A DNA stretch of 64,000 bases from Magallana gigas (lineage: Eukaryota): positions 43,028,001 to 43,092,000 of the forward strand of contig NC_088855.1 of assembly GCF_963853765.1 (NCBI RefSeq), read 5' to 3'. Under the pieces are notes generated by a model. That model was given only the letters and a program-made list of their open reading frames with translations. It had not been told where the DNA came from and searched no databases. Shown here one piece after another: positions 22,137 through 34,645 of the stretch; the first letter of the stretch is position 1; each line of letters opens with the position of its first letter. Position numbers and translations under genes: made by a program.

Positions 22137-25100
22137 TCAAGATTTGTATGGTGAAAAGCGTTTGTTTGAATTGAGTTCCTGACGCCTTGGTAGCTGGGAA
22201 ATAATGCACGGTTCCAGAGGGGGTAACAGAGGGGGGATTCTGTGTGGCCTCGTGTTGTGCTGTAAATGACTGGTCGGGGGGCTCTGTGGATACACATCAC
22301 TGGACAGGAAACTGATCGACGGCTTCCGCCTCCGGTCCTGACCCATATTATGCTGCATAGGTGGGTGACTTGAGATAATGGAGTCGTCCATTTCTGGCAT
22401 CTTATTCTTTTTCGTTTTACTGTGGGGTATGATGGAATGTTGTCGCGGAGGAGGGCTTGTTATCATCGATTTTTTGACAAAACACGGGAGACTGTCAGGA
22501 AAAGATTTATTCCAAAAGTCATCCCACAAAATAAATACAACCAATTTCCTATTAAATTCAGCGCGATTATACTATACCTTTTGTATTTTTTCAAAATTAG
22601 GAAGGCTGTTATTGCAGAGAGAACAGACATAACCGTTACCAATATTGCTATCAAAACTAGATTATCTGAAAAGGGAAAGAACAAAGCGCTATATACAGAT
22701 ATTTATTTCTTCTTTATCGCCATCATTCTGCACTTCGTCTAACCATCCTGAGTTTATTTTAGTAAAAAAGAATAACATGTATTGATGGGACAAAATTACA
22801 GAATTTGAAGTTTGTAAAATAATTTATTGTAAGCGTTACAGATTGCATATGCTATATATAATGAATAAGTAAAATATTTTGTGAATACTAGCAAAGCTAT
22901 CTCGATTATCTATATACATGTAATTATTTAATATCAGTAAAATGAATTTTATTTGCAAATTACCAGAGTCACTCGGCTCTTTTTCTTCTTGCTACAACAA
23001 CAAGTATGGATTTTAGACTCTTCAAAATGGCTTATATTTGTATTTTAAGCTGTCTATACATTTATTCTAATTTCGTATTCAATACTTTAAGTTGAAATTT
23101 TCAGAACTTTACAATAACTTAAATATTGTAACATTTCGTTTCACCCCCTAAGGGAGAAGGTATCTTCTTAAATCGAACTAAACTATAATCAACATACCGC
23201 TTTTGAAGTACATTCAAGAGTTTCTCTGTTGCAATCATACATGTTTTTGTCATATATCAACAAAATTTGGGGATCTCCATAGGTCGATCCGTCATAACTC
23301 AGAGTGACGTAACAGCCAATCGCAGCCCCGGTATTATTCCCCAGACTGTCCAAAGAAATGTCCAGGGCTATCAGATTGTAGTGATGATATGTAGCATGGG
23401 TGAAAGACTCTAAGGTGTTGATGACCGAGTTGTTGGTAAAAATCTAGAGTAAAAATTTTATTTTTAATAAATTTACAGAGGTGTGCTTGGTTAACTTAGA
23501 TGTAGGCTTATTAAAAGGGACTTAGACGTGATTTGACACCAACATTTTATATTTTATTACCATTATTAAATAGTTTACTTGTGCATTTTAAATAATTGAA
23601 AAATAATTGAATGTTATAAGTCAAGTTACATGCAAAATACAGAGGAAATATATCATTGTTATGTAAACAAAGCTTGAGTCTTATACTTGTTTACAAATAT
23701 AATGTAAAGTAAGGGAATTCCTATTTCTTTGACAAAATGACCCCTGACAAAAAAGAAACTGATTCAAAGTGTTCATAAATAACACCATGAACAAAAGAAA
23801 GCACCATTTAACTGAAACTTATACCAATACAGCACATATGTAAACAATAACAGGATTTAGCTTTGTTTACAAAAAAAATAATTTCATACTCTGTAACTTG
23901 CTTGTATCTTGATTTTTACTTTTAAATTCCGACAAAGCATTAAAACTACCCATATTAAACATATTACACATCAAAACTGGAAAAATTAAATTTGACAATT
24001 TTGAGCGCAAATCGTATCAAGTCCCTTGAAAGGGCATTGTCACGATTTTGGTCAAATTTTAAATTTTTTCTATTTTGACTGTTTACAATGCTTGAATAAT
24101 GCATTTCTATAAAAAAAATTCTTTTTCAAGCTAAATTTTTTATTTGCTAATTCGTTTTGAACACCAATAAACAGTTCCTTATGTTTGAGACCTTCATTTT
24201 AGTTCTAAATCTGAAAATTTCTTTTCAACATTCAAAATGTAAACAAAAACATGATCAGAGCTTTGTTTATATAACAAAGGATTGTGAGCTCTGTATCTGG
24301 CTCATTACTCCGTGGCTGAAACTCAAATTTTGAACAAATTTGTAGATAGAAAAATCAGTTTGAAAAAGAATTTTCACGGTATATTGAACCAATGTAAACA
24401 AAAACATCGCATTAGCTTTATTTACATAACAAATTATTGCGAGTTCTGTTCCTCGCTTATAACTTAACGATTTCGGTTAACTATTATAAATGCCTTACTG
24501 GAGCACTGTAAACATTAAATACGGGGAAAATGTTGACCAAAACCGTGACCATGACCCTTTAACTTTTTTTTTAAACATCTGTTGACATTTTGCAATGTAA
24601 TAAATAAACTTACGACAAAAATGGATAACTTCACAAAAATGACATCTGAATGGAAAAAGCCAATGACAAAAAATGTCTGACAAGATCCTGGTGCAGAGGA
24701 GTCGCATAAACCGTCGAATGGCAGACGGAACCCCTCGAGGGGAGAGGACAGTTGGATGGAACAATCACTGCCGATGAATCCCGAAAAACAATCGCAATTA
24801 CCTGTAAAATATGTATATATTTTCTGTTTTATTTCACTGTACTCTTCTAAATTTTGAACAGAGTAGTACCTTGACAAGTTTTACGAAATTTTTGTCAATA
24901 TATGCCATTATGCATACTTTATTCATTATGGTTACATTTACATAAAATATTCACCTTGAGAGACAAACACATACAAGAAATAAGCTAAACTGCTATTTCA
25001 AATGAGCCAAATCAATGGAGCTTGCGTCTAGTAATAGAGCTTATGATAAATAATTATTTATTACAGTTGTCGCTCTCTTCATAAACAGCCTCGGCTACTC

Positions 25101-28100
25101 TTGCAATTACCCTCTCTCCTTTCTTTCCATAAAGTTACCGTTTGTACAATTTCCATTTCCTGAACAATCTCGAGGACAGAGAACAGAGAAAATAATGTCA
25201 GCGAGAAACCGACCATCCGTTGTCCTATTGACGTAATACACTTCATCATGCGTCACTTCCTGGTAACAAGCACCTTTGAAGGTATTCATAGTGTCCTGAA
25301 GGTATGTAGTGTTTCCTGACAGCTGAAGTGTAATAAAGAGAAAAAGAAATCCTTATACACGTGCAGGAATTATGTCATAGATTTTTCGGCAAAATTTTCA
25401 AATGAATACATGTTCAATATTCGAAGGAAGTATTGCAAGTTAAGGAAATCAAAAATGAATTTTTGGAAAACTTCTATAACCAAAATTGACGTACTTTAAT
25501 ATCTGCAATGCAACTTTCGATGTAGGAACTTGAGTCGATTTTTGTCAACGTCTGACACTCGTTGACTGCGAGGTCAGTGTTAAAGGAGTTCTGACAGAAC
25601 GTCCGTGCAGTACTCTCAGTCCAGCCATTCCGCCAGACAGACACCTAGTGAATGCAGTCAATCTCATGTAGCACCCTCCTTAACATGTTAAGATTACAGC
25701 TTTACGATTACATTTGTAGTTCTAAAGGTTCACGATTACATCTTATAGTACATATAGCATGCACGTAGCATCTGGGGGGCCTGCCCCCCCCCCCCTCACT
25801 TTTTTGCGCAGCAACTAATTTTTTTTTAACGAGGCTGGGTCTAATTTGCTCTGCCCTAGATTTTTGAATGCAATTTTTTACATGAATTTCTACTGATATA
25901 ATTATTATTTTAAGATTAAAAAATAAGACATTTACCACACCGTTTGTTTAAGGGGTCATCTAAAAGTTTGTTAATTTTTAACATAGGACCCTATGGGATT
26001 TTGCTTGAAATGTATCAATTTTGCACATTTTTTACATTTTTTTTAAAACTTCTGCCCTAGGGATTTCTTTTTCTGTTCTACATATTAAACTTATTGCTAA
26101 AAGGCATCAAATGGTCAAATAAAAAACCCCTTTTACCTCCTGGTTTGTTCCAAGTGTCTTATCAAAGTTGTTTTTTGTATGCCCAATTTCCCAGATTTGT
26201 CGGATTATGGCTATTTTTTATTTGACAAAGGCGGAAATGGTGATCTTTATAGTATTATAAAACATTCAGACATATTTAAGTAATAAATAAATAAATAACA
26301 TCACATATTAAGGGTCATTAATATAAAATATATGGTTACTGTCTTGAAATATATGAATTAATCTATATGTTTAGGCGGGTTAAGTAAACGTGACAGAGGG
26401 CTAGGCTTGCTGAACCTTCTTCACGTTTTCGACCCGAGCCCATATAAAGCTTATACTTCGAGACATTTATGTTTATTCCACAAAATAATTTCAATTTTAT
26501 GCATCAAACGAGCTATTTTCAACAAATTTCGCTGAATATCTGCAGTTGAAACTATCACGCCATGGCGTCAACAAAGCAAAAAGATGACGTCACAATACAA
26601 ATGAAACGCTGCGCGAAAGCGTGCGTACTCGTTCTGTACTCGGCCTCGTTAATTTACTTATGAAAAATTGAATTATCATGGAGTCGGCCCCCCCACTTTT
26701 TGGGGAGTATGTAAAAAATTGATATGAAAATAAGGAAATTAGGAGTGAAATTAAAGTTAAATTGAAGTTATAGATATACTACGCCCCCCCCCCCCCCCCC
26801 CCACTTTTCTACGTGCCTGTATAGTTCATAAAAGCTTTTCGATTTAATCTTACTGTGGATATACATCGTAGTTCTAAAGGTTTGCCATTACATTTTACTA
26901 AACATATAGTTGAACTTCTTAAGGTTTACCATCATACATATATCACTATACATATAGTTCTAAAGGTTTGTGATTAGATCTAATATTCTATATATTAACG
27001 ATTATATCTTATAGGTGTTCGATTACATCGAACATGTAGTTCCAAATGATGAAGGTTTTACCTGGGGTGTGTCCGTCTCGCTATAGTTTGGATCGTATGA
27101 TAGATCCTCCGTAAACCCCGCCTCTGTTGTCTTGTCCGACAGCAAGGACAGATTAGTTGTTATGGAGTTGTCCTCAGTACAAAGCATGCTGGGTACGGAA
27201 GTGTTAAGGACGACTTCAGAGCTTGTGTCGTTTGGTATACTTGTACATAGACTGTACATTTCATACTCCCTCCTATTTAAACTTTTAGAGAAATATGAGG
27301 TTAAAAAAAGGCTACTAAGGGAGTTCTAAAACATATATACATTTCAGATTATCTATATTAATCTGTATACGTACTTCGGCGATAGTTTCGGTTGTTTAGA
27401 AAATAAGCTCTCGTTGGATTTCAAGGGCACCCTGTAAATAGTGAAATTAAAAATACAACATCAAAATGGTAAATGCATATGAATTGTCGCTTATAAATTA
27501 TCTAAAATTTCTTTTATTCACCTCCAAGACAAAAGAAATGTCTGTTCGTCTGTAGAGTTGTTTTCTTGTTTAGGAATGAAATCATCGCTTTGGTCTCCAT
27601 TAATCAGCCCACACAAGCCCTCAGTAGCATCAATGTCAGAAACTGAGGCGCGGACCCGGACACTACTTATCCACGTATCATCATACGACAAATCAAACGA
27701 AACCTTGGTTCCGGTCGGAAATGTGGCCTGAAATTTAACGGTTTTTATTTTTTTTTTTATCTTTCAGGTTTTTTAAAAAGTTGATATAACTTCTGGGTTA
27801 ATATTTTATTACCTCATATAGACGCCCTAACTTGGACACATGCAAATCGGTTGTTCTGTTGAGAGTTAGGTTTTCATATGGAAAGGTAAGGAGTTCTGTT
27901 TGTGTAGAGGAAACCTGTGCGCATGTCCTGACCACATAGAGACTGAGGTTGCTTCTGACAGCAACCCCGCAATTACATGTTGCGTATCCAGCAACACACG
28001 AAGAAAACAAGACATTGACCTGAAAAAAAACCCAGAGCGAAAATGTTTACATAATATCTTCACTAAAATTTTAGATATTCATATGTAAAATAAAAATATT

Positions 28101-30224
28101 TAGATCATTTCTTTTTATTCTAAATTGTATTTTAAAAAAGATTGCATAATGCTATTCAACAAATCGTCCTTGTTTAACTACCCATCTATTTATAACGGAT
28201 CCTTGTTCATCAGATACATGTGCACTTTTGTTCCAAATAAATAAGAAACATCTTGATGAAAATAATGAAGAATGTTTTACTACAAATGTACATTTCAAAA
28301 CTGGCTCATGAATGATGAATTTAGTCCAGAAGGTGATATGTCCGAAATATTTGTGTCCGAATTAATGAGGATGCACTGTACGTATGTTTCAATATTATAA
28401 CTGGACATTTACAGAATAAGGTAGGTGTTGGTGTCTGTACATGACGAACTCGCCCGGTCTGTGATTCTCCCAGGTCTTGCCATCAAACGTTGTCATGTGG
28501 GGGTCGTTGTATGACGTACACAGCTTCCAGTCCACCAGATAATCCCTGTCCACTACTGTCGCCTTCAATTTACAGGATTTTTTGGACATTATTTCGTACG
28601 AAAAAAAATGTAGGAAAAATATATCTTTTATTATCAAAATAGAGTTGGAATCGACATACCTTTATTTCAGGGATGCTGATATTCCTCCAGATTCCGTGTC
28701 TGTCATAGTGATAATTAGACACGTTAAAATGGATACGACTTGTTCTGTTTTGATAATTGATCATCCCATCAGTATAACCAGTAACATTGAAAACAATGCT
28801 GGAATTCCCAGATTCATTGAATTCAAACGTCACTGCACATTGCAGGCTGTCTATGAGAAGATCTTCCATTAACAGTCCGTTTCTGCACCTCTCCCGATAC
28901 TTCTCCGCTGTTGTCCATATATTCACTGGCAACTTGCAGCTCCCTTGTTTCATGGAATCGTTCAGTGACGTAGGACAACTCAGAGGTACAGAATTTGTCA
29001 AACGAATTTCTACCTGCTCACTTTCTTTGACCACTATCTCCGAAGATTCTGACTTCACCAAACAAACACAGCAATGTTAATGCAAAGACAATAAAAATAA
29101 AGATGAAGTGTTTAATTTGATGTCCTGCGTGATTGAACTTACTGTTATGCCTGCAAAATATGGCGAACTTGTGTTGTTGTAAACAGTGTTTCCAGATGTT
29201 GCATTTTTAATAGTGACAGAACAAGACACCTGCAAGAATTTTGTAGTATTGGTAAATTGTACATGCAATAAGAAACAAGTGAAAAGCTGTCAATGTAACA
29301 GCAAACCGGGGACCTCGGAACCCCCCTCCCCCGGGCAAGCAAAATTATCTTTCAGACCCCCCCTCCCCCGGGAAAATAATCCATGTCAACCCTTAATTGA
29401 AAAACACTACCTACCCTATACAGTGAAATGGAGTACCCTATATGCAATATTTTGCCTAAAATTGACTAAGTTCAAAAGCTGGTATTTTTTCATAAATTGT
29501 CAGAAATCAAAATCCTAGCAATATGCACACCTCTGATATATGTGCAATTGATCTGCAAAAGAACAACTTTCTATCTTGAAAACTGTAGGAGGAGTTATCC
29601 GTACAATAAGGGTACCCTATATGCAATATTTTGCCAAAAAATGACTAAGTTCAAAAGCTGGTATTTTTTTCATAAATTATCAGAAATCAAAATCCTAGTA
29701 ATATGTACACCTCTGATATATATACAATCGATCTTCAAAAGAACAACTTCATATCTTGAAAACTGTAGGAGGAGTTATCTGTACAATGAGGGTACCCTTT
29801 GGCAGCCGCCCGCCCACCCGCCTGCCCTCCATTTTCACCAATTTAATAACCGGATTTATCCGTTGGAAAAGCCGGTTAAAAAGTACAAGTTATCATAAAA
29901 GATGCATGCTACATTGTATTTAGTTTTCTTCCATTGAAAACCTAAGTTAAAATGAACTAATCCTCTGACTCCCTATACTTACGTTAAAGTTCAAGCTGTA
30001 GTTATCGGCCCAGTGGTCTGTCTTCAAAGAAGAGGTGTTCATAGTTTGATTTGTTACATTATATGACCCAGCTTTAGGTATCAAGTCATTACCAATGAAC
30101 CACTGAACGTCATACATAACCCCATTTTGCGGATGGTCAACAACACATTTGAAAACTGGTTCCAACATGGTACCGTCGGAAGATTGTTCCAGAGAGGTTT
30201 CAACATGGACACTGTATGAGTTGA
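22137..30224 (-). CDS. VWD- and EGF-domain (VWDE-like) type I membrane protein, about 930 aa visible; first exon(s) unresolved
   Basis: Exons (-): 30224-29983, 29229-29143, 29052-28660, 28562-28413, 28019-27813, 27727-27522, 27431-27375, 27272-27062, 25644-25495, 25322-25139, 24801-24614, 23443-23198, 22991-22964, 22665-22578, 22491-22137. All are phase-compatible. VWD: CTSYNDPHMTTFDG...CNCGVAV...GLCG. [59 protein letters not shown]. Pro/Ser-rich tail; AATAAA on - at 22081-22076. Confidence 0.88.
25760..26820. mobile_element. G/C-tract MITE (CACGTAG...CTACGTGCCTG ends) with nested repeat fragments, interrupting a degenerate TAGTTCTAAAGGTT minisatellite
   Basis: The ends resemble the TIR of the element at 61887-62227. 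The internal TTAAGGGG (about 25948) and ...CTCGTTAA (about 26652) segments look like other insertions. The minisatellite motif resumes after 26820. Confidence 0.55.
29433..29880 (-). mobile_element. Helentron-type element with two 179-180 bp tandem units
   Basis: GTACCC unit starts at 29433, 29612 and 29792, followed by a (GCCC)n microsatellite and a TAACCGG...CCGGTTA terminal hairpin. Confidence 0.75.
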
Positions 30225-32490
30225 CTATGAATTAAGTAAAGCAAACAAAAAAGATGAGTACCGTTATCAATTTTTGAATGCTATTGTTCTAATAGTAGTA
30301 CATGTACAATATACAAAAACGTAAGGTCGACTGACAAGAAATAGGCAAAAATTTCTTGGAAACTTTTCTTAAATACTTAAGTTAAATTAATTATATCTCA
30401 ATCTAGAGGACAAATTAAAGGAACATTCATGAATAAACTATCAAATAAATAGTGACCAATACTCACCAAAAACAACATGAATTAACACAATATAAATCCA
30501 GTGGACAGTCATAGTTTAACATCTATTCAGGAAGTACGAAGATATATTTCGTAACATATATATCGAAGTGTTATTGTTATTTGAAGTATACGTTTGCTAC
30601 TGATACATTTAAATTGATAGAATAACGATTACTATCAAGAAACTTAGATCATTGTTTGGAATTGTTAAAACGCCGCCCATTGATATGCTTCAATGTTAAT
30701 TTTTTAAGACGAGACAACGAGTTTGAATGAATTATTTATCTAGATCTTAGAGGGTTAAATGTCTTGCTGATAAACCCTAAACCAATAATGCTAGTACACA
30801 TAGGCATACAATGGACCATTTTTTTTTCTCTTTAGAGCATGTTTAAAATTATTGCTGATGTTTATAATGCAGATATTTTATTAAACCTTCCTCCTGGGTC
30901 GTATCAGGGAAATGATGATGATGATGACGATGATGAATTTTTGGATGCCAACTAATTGTCTGTTTCACGTGTTATTATAAATATAGAGGATAATTTTGAT
31001 ACATGTACATGCATATATATACATGTATCCTACACTTTCTTCGCATTAAATGTCAATCTGATAAACATGATTCTTTAAGTACTTTTCAAGCAATTTGCAA
31101 GTCGTTTTCAAGCATTTCTAGGAGTTGATTTTAATCAACTCTCCTATGCAGTTACTCTGACAAACCGAAAGTGAAACAGTGTTTGAACCAAAGCACAAAT
31201 CATCGCCGCTGACAAGAACTAGTTCTTGAGAATAATTAATAAATTCGAAATAATTTTTTTTTCAAGAAAACATATTTATAAATACCTTGAAAATAGTCAG
31301 ATTTTAAATGGTACGAACAATTTAGATATTTTTTGTAGTTGTATGTATTCTTACGCCAGAGTTCAATATAGTCTCGTTCAACTCGACGCTCGGCTGTCTC
31401 CGTAAATCTCCGACAAGCAGAGAGTCTCTCTTGCTTGTTGGGGATTAACGGCGATAGCCGAGCGTTTGGTTGGACGAGACGAGAGTTCAAAATTGTTTGG
31501 ATCCATAAATTTTCCAGAAATTTTTCTATCACTTATACATAGTTTGATTGAATTTATTCTATTTTTAAATATTACTTAACATGATTCATATGGGGTTTTA
31601 TGAATTCATATCATAAAAATGTGCGTAATTTAAATACAGATTAGAAACTACCGGTACTTGTCATGCAAAATAACATATAATTGATTTTAAAACAAATAAC
31701 CATCGATAAAATCAACTCCCGTCAGTTCTTCGGTACTTTGATTTAAAATATGTTTTATAATACAATAAATAACACAATATAGTTCTTTAAACATCTGTAT
31801 GACATTTCATTGAATCTTATGTTGGCACTTCCAGAAATGCATGAACTGGCACTCAAAGTCAAATAACTTTTTTACAAAATGAAATTATGGTTATCTGTGA
31901 ATTGCACTTTATCCAGTATTTATTGTCAAAAAAGAAGGAAAAGACAAAATATATTTTAAAAATAAATATCATTTGAAAATAATTAAAATAAAAAACATTC
32001 CTATATTGCACCATTAAAAATAACACAACATGTTTTGAAGACCTATTTCAAATACGAGTTTAAAAATCATGACTATAAAATGTACAACATGTATAAATAA
32101 AATGCAACTCCGAATATAAAGCATACTAGCTGCTATCAACATTTCTACAACCTTTTTAGATTATTGAGAAGGCAAAACAAACAATATATATGACTACACC
32201 AATATAAATAAATAAGCAGCAATATTATTAAATTGTGCAAATATTTGTTTTCTCTATAAAAGTCCTTAACAGCACTACTTAAAATATACATCTAACATGA
32301 AAAATTAATTTTGACAGCTGTTTTCACATTTTGCGTAGGGAGCCTACATCATTAATTTACTATCTTTTATTTCTCATTTTATTCTTTGGTTTTTGATTTT
32401 TTAAGTACACTGACCAATAAATAAGAAGGCAGTGTTTTTTTTGGTTGGGGGAGGAGGGGGAGGGGGGGCTATCTAAAATCAGATTCTCTC

Positions 32491-33687
32491 TCAATCCCCC
32501 TCCTCTACCCCCACAACCCATGGCTCTGCCTGAGCCTGCCACTTCAAAATGTAAGTCTTATCTTCCTTCATTTTGGGCCTCAGAGCCAGAATTTCATCCA
32601 CAACATCCTTCTTCAACACACAGTATACACAGAGTGTATGGAGCTGGGCGCAGCGCCTGGCCAGATTGACCAGCGCTCTCTCCAGCTCCGGAGAATTCCT
32701 CGTCTGTAAGACAACCACCTCCAGTGTGTTCTTATAAAATGACGTGGCTTGTGTGACCTCCTCATAAATCATGGTGAAGGTCTGTAGGTTCAGGACATGG
32801 ACCGGGATTTCTGGCTTCATTATTTGGGAGACTCTGTGAAGGGGACAGGTATGATCAAAAGACAGCATCACTTTTAGATCTGGCAACTTGGTTACCAGCT
32901 GCTGCCAAGCTTCTGATGACAAATCAGTGCCATACTTCTCTTCTCTCCTACAAGATATGCCAAGTTCCTCCAAAGGGGCTCTATCATCTTCGGCGAGAGC
33001 CACTAATGTGTTGTCAGACATGCTACTGTGAAACACAAAGAGCTTTTTCAATTTTCTGCATTTCTTCACCAGTTGGAAAATGCAGTTAGCTGACACTTTG
33101 CACACCAATACTTTATTAAGAAGATTTAAACTCTCCAACAATGGATGGTTCTGTGATAAAAGGTTTAACATCTCATCATCAAAGGCAACTGGCATTCCAC
33201 TCAAATCTACATTTACTAGAGAATGCATAGGTGTTTCAAGTGCTTCAGGGTTGCGTCCAAATAACAGCTTCAATGATTGCACAAACTCAGCACCAGCATA
33301 AAAGAGAGGATTTTCACCAGTAAAGTCAATTTTAATGGAAGACAGTTTCCTGTTGGTAAGATTGGCAATTCCATTTAAAATATCACGAGCTATGGTTCTG
33401 CAAATTTGTTCGCTCTGATTTACTTTCATTAAAACATGTTTCAAATGGGCACCATGCATCTCCAAGCACTTCTGATGACGAATGGCTTCTTTCTCATCAT
33501 TGCTTTGAACAATAAAGACAAAATCCCTCCAGAGAACTGGAAAGTGGAAGCAATCATTCCAAGTTTTGCACACAAATGAAGCACGGAACTTGTCTTGGAG
33601 ACTCAGATAGGAGAAGATCTGCACTACGATGTGGTCAGGCAGAGAGTTCCATGATAGGTCGTCTCCTTCTGGCTCGGGATCCGCCAT
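32491..33687 (-). CDS. FBXL8: F-box/LRR-repeat protein, FBXL8-like (intronless CDS, 398 aa)
   Basis: N-terminal F-box WNSLPDHIVVQIFSYLSLQDKFRASFVCKTWNDCFHFPVLWR followed by LRRs. The ATG is at 33687, just downstream of a splice acceptor. Subfamily assignment is from memory of the family (FBXL3/8/21 group). Confidence 0.8.
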   Translation of the reverse strand: MADPEPEGDDLSWNSLPDHIVVQIFSYLSLQDKFRASFVCKTWNDCFHFPVLWRDFVFIVQSNDEKEAIRHQKCLEMHGAHLKHVLMKVNQSEQICRTIARDILNGIANLTNRKLSSIKIDFTGENPLFYAGAEFVQSLKLLFGRNPEALETPMHSLVNVDLSGMPVAFDDEMLNLLSQNHPLLESLNLLNKVLVCKVSANCIFQLVKKCRKLKKLFVFHSSMSDNTLVALAEDDRAPLEELGISCRREEKYGTDLSSEAWQQLVTKLPDLKVMLSFDHTCPLHRVSQIMKPEIPVHVLNLQTFTMIYEEVTQATSFYKNTLEVVVLQTRNSPELERALVNLARRCAQLHTLCVYCVLKKDVVDEILALRPKMKEDKTYILKWQAQAEPWVVGVEEGD

Positions 33688-34645
33688 CACTATCTATACT
33701 TTTGGTAGGACACTGAAACATAATAAATACCGGTATATTGCTTTTATTTATTTTTGAAAAATATTACAAATTATATTAATTCAACTCATATCAAATATAC
33801 ATAGCAAGTTTATATCCTCTATATATATTCAACATAGGGTACAACTTATTTTAACACAGGATATAATTCTACAATCTTATTCCTTTTAATATCGATAAAA
33901 ATAAAAAAGTTAACCTTAAATTAAGCAAATTCCTTAGGTTTCAATAACAAATTATCTTAGTCAATTCTTTAATGTTTTCAGAATACTTGCAATTACAAAT
34001 TATGTCAAAGCACACAAAATTTCTGTGCTAGCGCCTAAAATATAATATCTATTAGGCTTTCTAATTTAAGTAAGTCACAAACAAATTCTTCAACGCTGAA
34101 ATGTTTAATCAAATAGCACTAGTGAATCAGCTGATCAGCGCAATGTATGACTAATACGGAACACATGAGTCACTAAATGGGTAAAAACGGGTTTGAGTTA
34201 AAATTTATTTAATGGATTTGTATACAACATCCGTATAGAAAAAAATGCTTCAGAGTTTTGATGGTATTCTTCTTAATTTTTTTGTAAGATTAGTTGGAAT
34301 CATGAACCCAGAACCAAACCAATGTACATACATTTACCTACAACAGTGTACAAAACTAAATAATAATGAGTAAATTGGTAATTACCGTTATTACGGATAA
34401 ATTCTCTTATTCTGCATACATTCATGACAGATAAGCGTTGCACCTTAAAGTTTCACATTATAATTTACAGAATCTAAAATCTTAGCACCAATCTGAAAAT
34501 ATAAGTTTAAGTATATATATGGTTTGGACAAATGTCACTGTCAGCCAGGTTGTATACAAGCACTCTCTACTATTAGAAGATAGAAAAACGGCGTCGTACT
34601 TTCATTTTCACTTTGACGTTCAGATTAATCCCGAAGTTTGTGGCA

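Noticed and set aside
23198-23443. Apparent frameshift in a VWDE-like exon
   Set aside because: A recount shows four Gs (CTGGGGAAT on -). The exon is 246 nt and open in phase 0, so the gene is not a pseudogene here.
29186-29898. Plus-strand ORFs of 110 and 133 aa with repeated peptides
   Set aside because: They are translations of the 179-180 bp tandem units of a Helentron-type element.
30888-30951. (ATC)n tract read on - as a hydrophobic signal-peptide exon (FIIVIIIIISLI) for the VWDE-like gene
   Set aside because: Its donor is phase 0 but the next exon needs phase 1, there is no ATG, and the hydrophobicity is a by-product of a microsatellite.
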